NCBI GenBank assembly: GCA_002633005.1
Contig: NMRA01000588.1
Span: 62,001-126,000 of the forward strand
DNA length: 64,000 bases
Direction of reading: 5' to 3'
Source of the DNA: Phoronis australis
Lineage: Eukaryota > Animalia > Phoronida
Under the pieces are notes generated by a model, which had not been told where the DNA came from, did no database searches, and was given only the letters and a program-made list of their open reading frames with translations. Of the stretch, positions 12,501 through 25,729 are shown in pieces. The position numbers and the translations under genes were made by a program. Numbering within the stretch: position 1 is the stretch's first letter; each line of letters opens with the position of its first letter.

Positions 12501-15500
12501 TTCTTAAGAGCCTACAGCGCCACTTGAGTTTTCTCATGTATTTGAAATCTTACTAAGAACAACACTTCGCACTAATAGGGCCCACATGCGCATGAAATCC
12601 TACCTGGGGACCTTGAACGGTTCCGGAGTTGAAGGGGTCACCGACAGTCGACAACCGTGCCTTTGCATCCTTAACAGCCATGTCCACAAACTTGTCATAA
12701 ATTCCTTCCTGGACAAACGTGCGAGTTGGTGCGCAACAAACCTGACCGGAATTGTACATCGCGTGACCAACAGCGACCGCTACTGCTTCCGGTACTGCAA
12801 AATAACAAAGAGCTCAACTCACACCTGACTAATTGTCGTCTGCACGTTTATGCGCCATCTGTAATTTTAAACGTATTTAGATCACAAAACATCTCTCCAA
12901 AGCTGACGATACCCGAGTGACAAGGAGGATTATAAATACTTCTTATACTAGGGGTGCCAATGAACCATGTTCCAGATTGGTTAGTTACGGTCATTCTGGA
13001 GAGGTCAGTTATCAGAAAGACGGACTTACATTTACAGTCGTCAAAGATGATGAACGGACTCTTCCCGCCCAGTTCCAGACCCACGTTCTTCAAACTTGAG
13101 GCACCCGCTTTGAAAATAAGCTTTCCAACCTGCAGTGCAACCAAAACACATTTTCTATTAGTAAATGCGGAAAACACAGACTATGGTTACTAGTTCCTAT
13201 TATTGCGGAAATATGACAGGCAGAAGCAAGTATTTCCAGTAGAAACTGACAATTAGTGATTAGTCAAAATGGTAGTGGTGAGGCGGATGATCATTTTTGC
13301 CTCTAACTCGAGAGCGTCCAACTTTGACATCAATTAAGAAATTGTTTGATTGTGGAAAAGTATTTTTCTAATTACAAACTTTAGCACCTTTCATACCAAC
13401 CTCTGTTGACCCAGTGAAGGCGAGCTTGCGGACATCCGGATGCTCGCACAAGGCAGCGCCAGCTGTCGGTCCATAACCTGGCACTATGTTAATAACTCCA
13501 GGAGGAAACCCTGCCTAAAGAAATTTCACAGTGAAATTATAGAACAACTACGCCTAGTAACGATTTTGAGAATTTTTGATACTCCTATTATATGAAAATC
13601 TTGATTCGTTTCCATGTGTGGCATACGCAAAATCGGTTTAATTAAATGACACATATCAGCGGTCTTTGGGACCAGGGCTGTAAAGGGCGAATAATACGTG
13701 GTTCTTCTTGATTACAACAACACAAGATCATTTAGGTTAACCATCGATTTTACCTCTTTACACAGAGACCCTATGTAGAGAGCTCCCAGAGGGCATTGCT
13801 CAGCAGGTTTCAGCACGCACGTGTTTCCACACGCTAGCGCCGGTCCGATCTTCCAAGCAACCATGGCCAACGGGAAATTCCACTGCAAGACAGAATTGAT
13901 GCTTGGAACTCTGGCAGGGCGGATCACTTTTCTAGTTCAAAACTGACTAAATTCACGATCTAGTAATCTACACACAGTCCAAACATCGCAGTTCGTGAAT
14001 TCTTTTCATGAGATGTTACAAATTACTAGTACTCTACGACCATTTCCTGTCATAGCATAGGCTGTATAACTCTAAGAAAATGATATAAATATCTCTGGAC
14101 TATGCTAGCAGCCCACGTGGACACTGAGTTGGCCAACCTTGTCTCTCAAATGGACGGTGTGCTTTGAACTCTTTGTACGTATTAACGTAATGCATAATCT
14201 GTTTAAGGTGGAAATCATTTTCCATCTTATATTCTCAGACACTTTGCACTTTTTCTCAAGTGAATTTTTTCACATTTTGTCTTGGGCAAGTGGGGTTTAC
14301 GATTGAATGCGAGAGCCCAGCCCGAAAAATGGGGGGCTCGAATTTCTGGTCCTCGTACTACAGAGCTAACAGTGGACTAAAAAAAAAACAAAAAAAACGA
14401 GAAGGCGTTTACGCAGGTCCCCTGACACGATCGGGTCTGAGTCCCCCTCCAATAGTTGTATGGAGCGTAGGACCAAATTTCTGACTTTTGAATCTCAAGT
14501 CTCTTTTCACTTTGACGTCTTTATTTGTCTTTGTGCTGGAGTGTTAGAAAGATATCTCTGTGTAGCGAAAAACACAACGAGCTTTGAATGATTTTAAAAA
14601 CTGACAAATAATTTAAAATGTTTGCTTATGTAAAACTTACGGGAATGACAAAGCCACAAACACCAATAGGCTCTCGGCGAGTGTACGTAAACAAGGATCC
14701 GTCTGAAACGAAAATATCCATTTCTAGCAGCAAATATTATACTATTATTCAACATAATTATAAAACTTTAACGAACGCAAGGTTTGGTGATCACTGAAAC
14801 ACACACTTATCACAATATAAATAAACACAGGGTTTAACCAGCGGAAGAAAGCAGCCTGGAGCACACAAAGGTTTCCATCCGTCTCGGGGGGGTACTCCGC
14901 TATATTTTGCGGGGTGCAGCTGAAAAATTAGGATACGAAAGGTTCACGAAAATGTTACCATTTGATAGGCTTTCAGTTTGTTGTAGAAGCTCCATGCACC
15001 CGGCGTGTGAATGGAATGACGCCATAAACATAATCTTTTCGCAGGGTTTCTTGAACAGCGGAGTTTTAAACTCATTACATGTAAGCCCGAAACAGCACGC
15101 GAGGAGATGTCATTTTGTCAAAATTGAGCGGAAGTTTTCTTACCAATTTTTCAAGATATATATAATAATTAAAACCCCTTTGAATTTGTACAGATGGGGA
15201 AAAGAACCCTTTTGAAGAGTTTTGAACTCCCAAAGGGAATCTCTTAGAGCGAATTGTGACGAAAATGGCCTTGAACTAGTGCCCCCTTCTGAGCAACACG
15301 TCAAGTATATCCCTCATATGGGAGTACGCTAGCTTCCGGTGCGAGAAATGTAAGCGCCCTCTTTGATGACAGTTACAAAATTGTACATATTTTACGACAT
15401 TGTGGACAGACAAAACGAGAGTGAAAGCATCTGCCAAAAGATTTTACGCCTCATGTTGTAAAGTACTTTTCAGCCACTCCATCGACTTAGCAGCTTAGAT

Positions 15501-18500
15501 AAAAAGTGAAAGGAGTGAATTTGAAGATCTAGTTTCTCAAATTTATTCAGTAGTTGTTTTCGCTAAATTACTTATCTCTTGAGACTGAAAACTCACCTGT
15601 GGGAATTGTCAATCCTTGTATCTTATCGGCGAATCCTGCGTAGTATCTTATGTTTGATGCAGCAAACCCGGCTTCCCAGCATGCATCGCTATATGGTTTG
15701 CCCATCTCGAGAGAACACAGTTTCTAGAATATTCAAGACAATGATTGAGACAGTCATAATATAACGAACTTTGCTGCAGAAATATCTTGCGCAGAGGCAA
15801 GTGTGGTAGGACCTTGGAGAAAGTTAAATCTGCATTTATCAAGGGACAGTGACTCTGTATTTAGCAAATCATGCTTCAAATACTTGGACCTGCACAAATC
15901 CGTTTGATATTATGGGAAACGTGAAATTCAATTTTAACAAAGCATAAAGTCACCAAAAAGGATTCGTGTCAATGCTTATTCTTACAGTCAAGTGTTCGCT
16001 GTCTCGTTCCATCAACTCTGACAGTTTGTACAAGAGGCGTCCTCTTTCCGACGCATCCATTGTTCGCCATGGTGAACCGCGCTTAAACGCACTTTTTGCC
16101 GCCGCTACAGCCTTATCAACGTCAGCCTAAAATCGTAAGAAACTAGCATTAACTCAAGTTATTGTGTTTACTGTTGCAGATTTCAAAAACCGACCTATAA
16201 TCATTGTTAGTGTTATCGATGTCACATTTGGTCAGTTTATATCAAAGGCGAGCCTGTTAAAGCAGTTACTACCTTTTACAGCTGCTTTAGCCCGGAATTT
16301 GCGGCCGGGTCATCTCCTCAGTAATTCAGAGTTCAGTGGTGAGCGAAATGCCCATCCGGAACACCTCGGGTAAGTTCGTAGCCTCAACTCCTCTCGTTGG
16401 TGAAACTTATCTGCGGATGTGCGAACTTCAGTCAAACAACAAGTTCTGTGAACTTGCAAATAAGAAACCTTTGCTGTTTGAAGTCCGCACATGCGTAGAT
16501 ATCGTTCACTTCGCAAATACCCGAAATGTTCCGAATGACTGCTCGCACGCCGACACCTGAAGTGCAAAGATTGTGGCGAACACGCACACGCGGCGAATAT
16601 GGCTAACTTGCACAACCACAAAGCCACAAGACCAGCAAACCATAACACGAGGCTCTTGTACGTGACACAACTACTCCTCTATTCATTCGCAAAATAGATG
16701 CGCAGGTAGACGTTGGCCTACCTGAATAGATGAGTCCAAACACAAGGACCAGGCCAAGTCACACAAAGAAGGGGAGAGTGGTCCTGAACAATGACAATGG
16801 TGAAGATGATGTTGAATATGGTGGTGGTGTTGACAGCGACGATGATGATGACGGTGATGACGAAGGTGATCAACATTGCATTATACATAATCACGTTGAC
16901 TCGGAGCGTGGCCACGACTCAGCGAAACTTACTTTATCTGCCTCCTGTACACGACAGAACTCTTCCTCAGTCGATGGATCTACATCCGGGAATGTTTTCC
17001 CGCTGACTGAATCCAGCCACTCGTTATTGATGAACAGCTGAAATGATACACGAACAAAAATACTTGAGGTGAATATCAAATGCTCTAGTTTTGTGTTTCA
17101 TTTATTCACAACCGCCTAGAGAATAATACATGTAGTTCCAAACTTGAAAGGCACATGTCTTTACTTGGTGAAATTCAGTTTCTCTAAGTCTGTACCTTTG
17201 CCATGAATTATATTTTTTGTTTGACCCTGTTCGGACGCCACAGGTCCCATTTCGTATCCGATCAACGTGGAATTGCGGCACACATGTCTCATGAACGGCT
17301 CGAAGCTTATTGTTTTGGTTAAAATCGGAAACTTTAGAGGGATGGCGTTGTGGCGGACATTTCCAATATTTTGATTTGTGGAGCCATAGCTCCTCTGTTT
17401 CCGGAGTTTTATTTCTATTGAGTGATCATTTCACAGGCTATCGGTAATGTGGCATTTGTTTTTTTCAGAACATCCTTCTCGAGTTATTTGAGATTTTCCC
17501 ATGACTGCTCTCAAAGTAAATGAATTTTTATACCATATTTTCGGCTACCCTTAACGGATTTGTGTGAAATTTGGTATGAGAATAGATTATGATCGTTTCA
17601 AGCTCAATAAGAATCGTTAAACCCGCTTCTCGCTACAACTTACCGTTCTGGGGATGTTCGAGATTTACTGCTTGGATGATTGTTCTTTTACCGACTTATT
17701 TCTAGCTGCAGTTTGATGGCCTATCATATTTGTGATAGAGATTGCATTTTTCTTCTGATCTACATGATCTTTTAAGTAAAATGTTTATCTAGCCGTTAGC
17801 TTGAGGACTCTTGCTTCTGGGCGAAATTGGGCTCAAGATGGCGCTGTGACGGCTAATTTTCAAATAATGTTTGCGATCCTTTAACCGAACCTTCGCAAAT
17901 TTGGTATGTAAATATGTCTCCTCAATGGCTATCTGTAGTGTGTTATTGGGTTTTGCGCTACAAGTTGCCGTTCTCGAGTTATTGGAGATTTTTTTATTGC
18001 CTAATTCCGTAATCCATTTTTAATGGCTAAACATTTACTGTAGGTTGGTGTTGCAGGCGTCAGAGTCGAGATTGTTCGTATTCTTGGTTTCGTCATCTAC
18101 CTCATTTCTAAAGTTTCCATTCGATTTTGTCAAGTGTCGATCTTCAGAGCGTTTACATTACAGTTCTCATTTTTGAAACACCAAAGTGTCTGACACATCT
18201 CGTAGAAAATATCTATTTTGATTATATAAATCTCAGGCCTTAACTTATTCTTGTCGGAAATTATATGTACAAGAACAAAATTATATGTACAAGAACAAAA
18301 TTATATGTACAAGAACAAAATTACATGTCTATAATTAAAGGTATAAATAGACGTGCTTCGCGGAACAACCTTTCAGCGTTTGTCACACTGGATCGTTTTA
18401 ATACAGAACGTCTTCAAGTCTATGATCAGAGTTCAGTGTTCCACGGTGTCTGTCATCACAATCGTCTCCAAACTATACGCTGTGTATAAAACTACCCAAT

Positions 18501-20188
18501 GTACTAACGCTAGGTCGGTCCATGCAAGCATATAATCCAGCATAATAATTTGTACGATTTCTTATCACTGAACAACGACAAATGAACAAAAAAGGTTTAA
18601 CGTTTCTATGAATGGTGTAATCAGACTGATGAGAATTAATCAATCACCTTCATTGATATGAATTCATATCAGGTTGAGACTGATGAGAATGTATCAATCA
18701 GCTTCATTGATATGAATCACCTGAGGTTGATCGTTGGTGATTTATCATCATGCTATCAGTTTTCTATCATTACTTTGACCGAAAGGGCCAACGTGTTATC
18801 TTTGAAGATTCAGATTGATCATCGCCAGTGCTTTTCTCTGACTTCACGCGCCGAACAGTATTACATAAAAATTCCCAGGGGTATTCAATGTAGCAAATTC
18901 AATGCCACTTACATATGTTCATGTATAAAGTAAGGAATCTCACCATGCTATGTTAAACGTTTACTTAATGCCCTCTGAGCCGAATGTTCTATATCTTCAA
19001 TTCTCTTCAATTTACAAAGGGTCAAGTCAGGGATCAATAACCTATCTATAATTTTTGCGAATTGTTAGAAATTCACTCAACAACTGCTGTGCAAAGTTCA
19101 ACAGCCATTTCTTATACAGCAGGGATGCTCCAATTGTACATGTATAATTATGTGCGACCCAGGGGAAATTGCGCTGTTTTCTTTGAAAACAATCTCCAGC
19201 GCGTGACATTCCTGATAAAACCTGAAAGCTCACTTCGGTAACAGCAAGTCACAAACATAGTGATATCCGAACTTGTATGATTTAGGGAATGGGGCTTCAA
19301 GGAGCAATAAACCATGGCGATTGTCATAAAACAATGTTGAGTTAAGACTGTTGTCTTGATAAAAGCGGTCTCACCGAGTACTATACGCAGATTGAAAATG
19401 ATGTCTAGACTTGAGAAAAACCCAACATATATATTGCTTCGGAACAGGACCATCTATTTTCTTGTCACGGCGGGTCGGTTTCAAAAGTTAACAGCAAGTT
19501 TGACCATCAGGGGAAGCCATTTCCATCCTACGGCTGCAAGCAATTTCGATTCAAACAAAGGATTAGAACGTTGCCTGGGATGGCAAGTACGCATGTGGTA
19601 TGAATGTGTTTAAATACACAGTCAGGTGGACCATCACTGAGATTGCACATTCATTCGCTCTATTCGTATTTAGACAACTGTTATCCCTATTTATTTTATG
19701 CTGATAGCACTAAGATCCCTCCAGTTTGACAAAAAGCATCGATCAAAACGAATTAGCCTTCTGGTAGTGCTGAAACACCTTAAAACAGGAATATAATTGT
19801 TTAAGATTTACCATGCGAATTCATATAACGAATACAATTTTGTTGTTAAGAATCAGCACGTTGGTTAGCCTTGGTCAGCTGTATACTAAATATACAACTT
19901 GTATTTTGACGACAGTATTCATACAGCTAACTGGCTGGCTACACGTTGGTATACCATCAAGTAAGGTTTTATTTCTACTGATATTCTTCTTCAGTCACGG
20001 TTACCTGACGTACGTTATCAATGTTTGAGTGGCTCAGCTGATTGCACCAAAGATTGATCTCGGATCCCTCAAGTTCCTTACTCGGATTAAAGATGATCTC
20101 ACCCGTGGGAAGGACCGGCAGATTATGTTTGTGTGAGATCAGGTTCAACTTGCGTTATCCGAACGACTTCCAAACCATGGTCACAGTT

Positions 20189-20233
<45 letters not shown>

Positions 20234-20530
20234 ACATACATACAAACATACATGCATGCATACATACATAAAAACATAGATACATGCATACATATATGGT
20301 ACACCCTCACTTTTCTACAAACACGATCTGACTGAAAGTCGAGCTGCGGAATACCTTACAGGGCCATGGCTATATAATCATATTGTCAATCTTTCCACCT
20401 GAGACTCAGGTCACTCAGCTTACCGCTCTGAAAGTGATCTCGAATTATTCCTTCGGTCAAATTGGAATGATTTCGAGCTGTTGCTAAGTACCTGTGTGTA
20501 TTTCACTTGAGGTCTTTCTATTGCCGTCAT
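9543..20530 (-). CDS. Aldehyde dehydrogenase, ALDH1/2 family (cytosolic ALDH1A-like), 13 coding exons, ~492 aa
   Basis: Manually spliced exons, all GT-AG and phase-consistent: 20492-20530 ([13 protein letters not shown]), 16933-17037, 15986-16126, 15597-15723, 14641-14702, 13754-13882, 13401-13514, 13030-13129, 12604-12794, 11824-11988, 11512-11669, 10460-10534, 9543-9615. Sum is 1479 nt, an open frame. Motifs: [38 protein letters not shown] (catalytic Glu), GQVCCA (catalytic Cys), [29 protein letters not shown]. No mitochondrial presequence is evident. Confidence 0.95.
11041..11234. repeat. Minisatellite, 28-bp unit x7 (ALDH intron)
   Basis: GCACGTTCGATGTTGATGGTTATACCAA in tandem, near-identical units. 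Confidence 0.95.
12154..12303. mobile_element. ~150-bp dispersed hairpin MITE (second copy at ~36249-36402)
   Basis: The two copies share CCCGTTCAGTAACGCTAG.ACCTCGCTAAAA...GATTTTAGCTAGGTCCTAGC, and the ends form an imperfect inverted repeat. Confidence 0.7.
16320..16565. repeat. Degenerate ~240-bp palindrome (old hairpin MITE) in ALDH intron 2
   Basis: The left arm CCGGAACACCTCGGGTA...TCTGCGGATGTGCGAACTTCA pairs with the right arm TGAAGTCCGCACATGCGTAGA...TACCCGAAATGTTCCG. Confidence 0.55.
18258..18326. repeat. 21-bp tandem repeat x3
   Basis: Repeated unit AAATTATATGTACAAGAACAA. Confidence 0.85.
20189..20296. repeat. (CA)n/(CATA)n microsatellite
   Basis: Read directly from the sequence. Confidence 0.9.
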
Positions 20531-21424
20531 GACGAGTAGTGATGAGAGTCTCGTTGTCGGACTGCGAGTCAGGCACTGTCTTCCCGCAACGGATTATATC
20601 GTATTGGTGACCTGGTTTGGTTGATCTGTTATCTTATAATAGTCTTGGAGATCTATTGCAACGTGAAGGGCCTGCGGCACACACGCACGCATACACACAC
20701 ACAGAGAGAGAGAGAGAGATACAGCCGTACGCATGTATATGTATATACATGTTAATAAAAACAACGATGGATTTAAACCGGCTTGATATGTTTCGACGAT
20801 TATTAAAACACCATCCTCAGAAGCAAAAACAGTGGCCATCTTGCTGATCGAGCCCAACAAGTAATGATACACAGATACAGTCAGTTACAGGGGACTAACA
20901 ATAGACTAATACAATGACAACCTGTGGTACGTGTGCCAGTTGCTTATTGAGATTGGGCTTGCACCAACTGATATTTAGAGCTTCACGAATTTTCAGCTCC
21001 CTTGTTGTTTCTGCTTGGTCTATTATAACAAAGACGTTGAAAGAGCATTGCTCATATGAATGGAGCACTGCAGATGAGTATTAATATGTGAGCCTCTGTC
21101 ACAATTTAGATGTTCCCTCGTCTTTGTTTTCAAATGGCGAACATTTTTGCTAATATAACTGGAGCCACATCCAGCACAGATGAACTTGTACAGTCAAGTG
21201 TCGGTGAATCGCACAAAATCCCATCATTTATACTTTGTAAAGCTGAAATTTAAAGCAAAAGACTCTTACATGTAGTTTGATATGGCACTTTTTAGGGCTG
21301 CCTTGTTTAAAGTCATTATCTCAATGGGTTAATTTAGTTCAAAATCTTGAAAGTGTACCAAATTAAGTAATGTGTAGCATGGTATATTGTTTTCTATTAA
21401 CAAACTAAATGGATTTTGAAGAAT

Positions 21425-23906
21425 AATTCTCCAAAATCCACTCGGGCTCTAAATAACGGGGGATAACGACTTCGCCATGTAATAATCTATATTTATTTTG
21501 TGTGGTTGTTTTTAATAGTCATTTTGTTTCTGGTACTTCAGCAAAGCTACCTGTTGTGGTAATAAATTATAGGAAAACATTTGTAGATCAGAAAATGTCT
21601 TTTCTTTATCACCATATCGTGAAACTGATGCAAAGTACTAACATTTGGATTACAGAACGACAGTCGAATCTCGCTGTATTTACCCACAATGCCGTAATCA
21701 CCCATCAGGCACATTAATTCGATGCCTCGTTTTTTGCCAGTGGAGTTTCACACGTTATTTGTTTACGAGTTTGTCTCGGTAGCATTGCTCTACTGGTCCT
21801 TCCAATGCCAACGAAGTACTGCTGTGCTGTGGGCTCCAACTCCGACGTGAGAAAGTTTGATAAACTAAATAAATACCAGTGGATGCGTGATCTGAAATTC
21901 TCCTTCCCGACATCAGTGAGAGACACGAAAATGTGTCTGATTTCCAAAACGAGGTCACGGGTTTTCTTATCTCCGGGACAAAGGAAAGTTCTATCGCCGT
22001 GATTATAGACAGCGCATTTCGTACGAAATTGGCAGCAAATCGGCACCGGTTTATTATCCGTTTTCTCTTTTAAAAAGAGAAAACATTCACGCATGGCGAT
22101 GTTTCAAAGCGTAAAAACATTTTTGTTTCAAAAAACGTGCAATAATGCGCATGTGTGTTTTGATTTTTGATGCCCAGACACCACAACGTGCGAAGTTTCT
22201 CAACAGTTGCCCATGTGTCACTTCGCCGGTAAAATAATCATGTTTATTGATTTTAATTTTCAATTAATAGACAAAACACATTTTAAAACGTGACAAAAAT
22301 TTGCCAAAAAAATTCCGCCAACGGGGACGGTGGTGTAGCTGAGATCGGCGATGGGAAAATATTGTAGTGTTAGGAGCATGACGCAGCATTTTTCTAATCT
22401 CTCAGTCACACAAATATTATCCGCGGAGTTAATAATGTGTTCATCCTGAAACTCCGGCGGAGCAGCAATGACCGCGGCCAGGCGGCCGAGCTGCGATAGT
22501 AGCTTGTACAAATGTTTCAGACCGAAGGAATTTTTTTCGTTTAGTTTACACTTATTATTAATAATAATAATACTATTTGGCAACTTAAAAGCTATTTCGC
22601 TACCAGTTGGTTATAAGAAATAGGTCGTCGCTCTTTGTTGACCGTCGACCGCTTAACAGTATCGCCCGAGACCACCTGTATCTTAGTTTTTCCCTGTCCT
22701 TTATTTTCAATATTTCTCAAGTTCTTAGAATATTCTGCATAACTGTATAGCAGTTTTACTTAATTATTCTGATATATTGCATGTTCGTTTATACTGTTTA
22801 CCACAGTTAACATACACCCTGTAAAACACGCTTAGCCCAGTCGTTCTCGTTTAATCTCACTTCCGACTAAAGCGGCAAATCTGAAAGTACTCTAGTATCA
22901 ATCGGCCCAGTTTGTGACAAGTGAGGATTTTTATAAAACTTTCGCCTACGGATTTCGTTATGATGAACCGTTAGATACAGATAGCTTCATTATAACATGT
23001 TCTAACCATCTAAAAGGGTTAAACACGTGTGCTACTTGGTATTTAACGATGTCAAACAAAATGACATATTAAAATATTAATTATTTCTTGTCAATAATGA
23101 ATTTCAGTTAAATCTATTGCTTCTTTCATAAGGTTGGCCTCATAATATTCGCTACCGGGATATGATTCTATATCCGTCACTAACAGGAACATGCCGTTAA
23201 CACCACAACGACTAAAGCGTGCTCATCAACTCTCTTCATTGGTAGCGATGACCTTAAAACGGCACATGTACACTATACACACTGCCTGTGACTTGAGTTT
23301 AAGAAATAGAATCCCATCACGGCAGGGTACGAGTAAAAAGCCAATTCGATTTTGTTTTTAGCCAGGTAATTAGGGCGAAATACAGCTTCATTATTATCAA
23401 TATTGACACGTGGTCATTGTTTACATATTACTGTCCGGAGAAAAAATAGGATGTTCTACTGTTGTTGAAATGAATCAATTTGAAAATGGACCTGGAGATT
23501 TTTACAAATACATTATGCCAATGAACAAATTGGAAACAGTTTGTACAGAGCCTCAGGATATTTGGTGAACATTTCACCTAAAAATTGACAAAACGTGTAA
23601 GTATATTTTCAGTAAAAATACGTGTATGACTGGTTCCCTCCCCGCACAATAGATGGAGCAACTTCTAAATTACTGATCTCTTGTAAGAAAATCGAGGCTA
23701 TGTGCCATGTCAGTATTTTGTCTCTCTTTTCTATTCCAATTTTCGGAAAGGAGGCTTTTTAAAGTGAGCGATTTTGTACGTCTGCTACGTGTACCTCAGT
23801 ACTTTGCACGGCGATTACTGACTGGTCCAAACGCATACATATAGATTAATACATGGCGAAGTCGTTATCCCCTGTTATCTAGAGCCCGAGTGGATTTTGG
23901 AGAATT
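21425..23906. repeat. ~66-bp inverted repeat pair bracketing 2.5 kb
   Basis: 21425-21492 (AATTCTCCAAAATCCACTCGGGCTCTA.ATAAC.GGGGATAACGACTTCGCCATGTA.TAATCTAT) is the reverse complement of 23839-23906. A partial third copy lies at ~23927-23961. Confidence 0.8.
21545..22986 (+). mobile_element. Degenerate THAP-encoding DNA transposon (Kolobok-like)
   Basis: Short TIR AGCTACCTGT...ACAGATAGCT. THAP-like start MPTKYCCAVG.NSD...KFSFP at 21805. Segment 22300-22860 is homologous in inverted orientation to ~59280-59900. Confidence 0.5.
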
Positions 23907-24476
23907 ATCGCCCGAGGGGCATTAGCGGGGGATAACGACTGAGAACATGTAATAATCTATTTATACCACATACTGAACGAGAAACATTGCAATGAATCGA
24001 TCTACCTTTCTCGACTCGCCTCGGCTTTGTAACTACTTTCTATGTCAGAGGCCCGGGGTCGAAGGTCGTGACCTTTTAAGAAAAACCGAGCTATTTTTGT
24101 CAAATAATGATTTTACTCAAAACCAATTGAAAAATAAAACAAAATATAAGTAAAGTGAATCTATAAATTAAGGTTTAGCAACTATTATAGCTTACTACAC
24201 ATTTTATCACGCTAAGCTTCGACCGGGAAAATATCGTCTGCTAAAGTAGGTTACCACTAGTAACTGAATATAATGCTCAAGTCAAAGGATCCCGACGACA
24301 CTATACCCGCTTTAAAATTGGAGATCGGTAATTTACAAGTGAGAGAACACGAGAGAAGAATTTCACTGAATTAAAATATCGTTTTTATGGAAATTATGCG
24401 CCTTATTTTTCATAGCATATAAATGTCGGTGCAATGCCCTTTGCTGAACATGCGATTGTTGCGCGTGCTCATTTAA

Positions 24477-25624
24477 AGGAGAATGCCACCCAAAAACAAC
24501 CTATTTTGTATCAATTTAGATCGAGTAGTTCTACTCGAAAACGGCACGTTCGGTTGCGCTACCTGACACGTGACGGCAGACGGAGGTGTTGAAATTATCC
24601 AATGACGTAATTGTTTTCAAACGCAGTATGTTCTGCAGTTCAAAACACGGGTTAGTGGAGTCGGCTTATCGCTTGAATTCATCGTTTAACACCAATAAAT
24701 CATCAAACTTCGATGTAAAACCCTTAAAAATACACTGAGTTCTTGTAAAAACGTGTTAAAGATTCCCCTAACATGTGACCATAGCATATAAAATCGAGTA
24801 ATTGTCTCAGAACAGCTTTCTGTCAGCCAACACTGAATTAGCATGCGCTCGGTGCCCAGTCAATTACCTTTGTTGCCGGCATCAAAAGCCGGTAAGGCAG
24901 TGGTTTATTCATTGCTGGCTTCTTAAAACATTTGCACTCACGAGCACTCCAAGACATTACAAATTGTATCTAATGAGACAGACTTCGTTTCAGTTTTATA
25001 TAAACAGGATGAGAACAATTCATTTTGAAACAGAACGAAGAATAATAAACGTCTACATGGCAACTCGCCCGGCGCCAATCCCGACTTAGTCAAGAGCTCA
25101 TCCGACGAAGACTTCACGGGTAGGATCGATCGTTAGGTTTCACAGGATATCAGTTCGAACCGGAATACACTGATCAAGAGAGACGAGGCGCCGTGAACAC
25201 TGATGCACAGGCAACGTAACGGGTGGATAGGCCTTTGGTAAGTCGGAATTCGTCAGAGAAATCACTGTCAACGAAATGCCGGCCACAGACATGGAGATGT
25301 TTCACGGCCTCATACTTGCTATTAACAGCGTACCTTCCATTCTTCACTACCGCGAGCCACTTCTTAAGCATTTCGGGCTCTCGAGGAAGTCGAAAAAACG
25401 ACATACCCGCTTTCTTCGCAGCTTCATATAGTTCGGACAAGCGGGAACGATGCACCGCATTCACTCTGAAGACTAACCAATGACGTCGCTGCGTCGTTTC
25501 TCACCTTCCTCACAGGTTATCACGACACCTCTCGGCAAGGTGAGGTCTACCGTATAAGAGGCGATGCAGATATAGACCGATTAAGACGGTAAAAAAGACT
25601 AATTAAATCGGGTGGCATTCTCCT
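24477..25624 (-). mobile_element. Kolobok-type non-autonomous transposon (internal deletion; THAP and KolX remnants)
   Basis: TIR AGGAGAATGCCACCC/GGGTGGCATTCTCCT flanked by TTAA on both sides. Minus strand: frameshifted THAP (MRCIVPAC...FFRLP...W...VCGRHF, ~25230-25460). Plus strand: YQFEPEYTDQ remnant (~25148-25180). Confidence 0.85.
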
Positions 25625-25660
25625 TTAAGTATTTTATTTTCATGTTCGATGACGTCAGCC

Positions 25661-25729
25661 GCTGAGTGGTGTAGTGGTAAAGTCGGCGACTCGAAACTCT
25701 TGAGGCCCGGTTTCGAATCCGGCCTCGGT
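25661..25729 (+). pseudogene. tRNA-derived sequence (tRNA pseudogene or SINE head)
   Basis: A-box-like TGGTGTAGTGG and T-arm CCGG-TTTCGAAT-CCGG. The acceptor stem pairs partly and the anticodon stem does not. Confidence 0.55.

Noticed and set aside
16730-17041. Asp-rich 103-aa ORF
   Set aside because: It derives from a (GAT/GGT)n low-complexity intronic tract and is antisense to ALDH exon 2.
18624-18735. Duplicated CTGATGAG as a hammerhead ribozyme or C/D snoRNA
   Set aside because: No downstream GAAA core or supporting stems were found; it is a simple ~54-bp tandem duplication.
25661-25729. Functional tRNA gene
   Set aside because: The anticodon and D stems do not pair properly and it is embedded in repeat debris, so it is kept only as a tRNA-derived relic.
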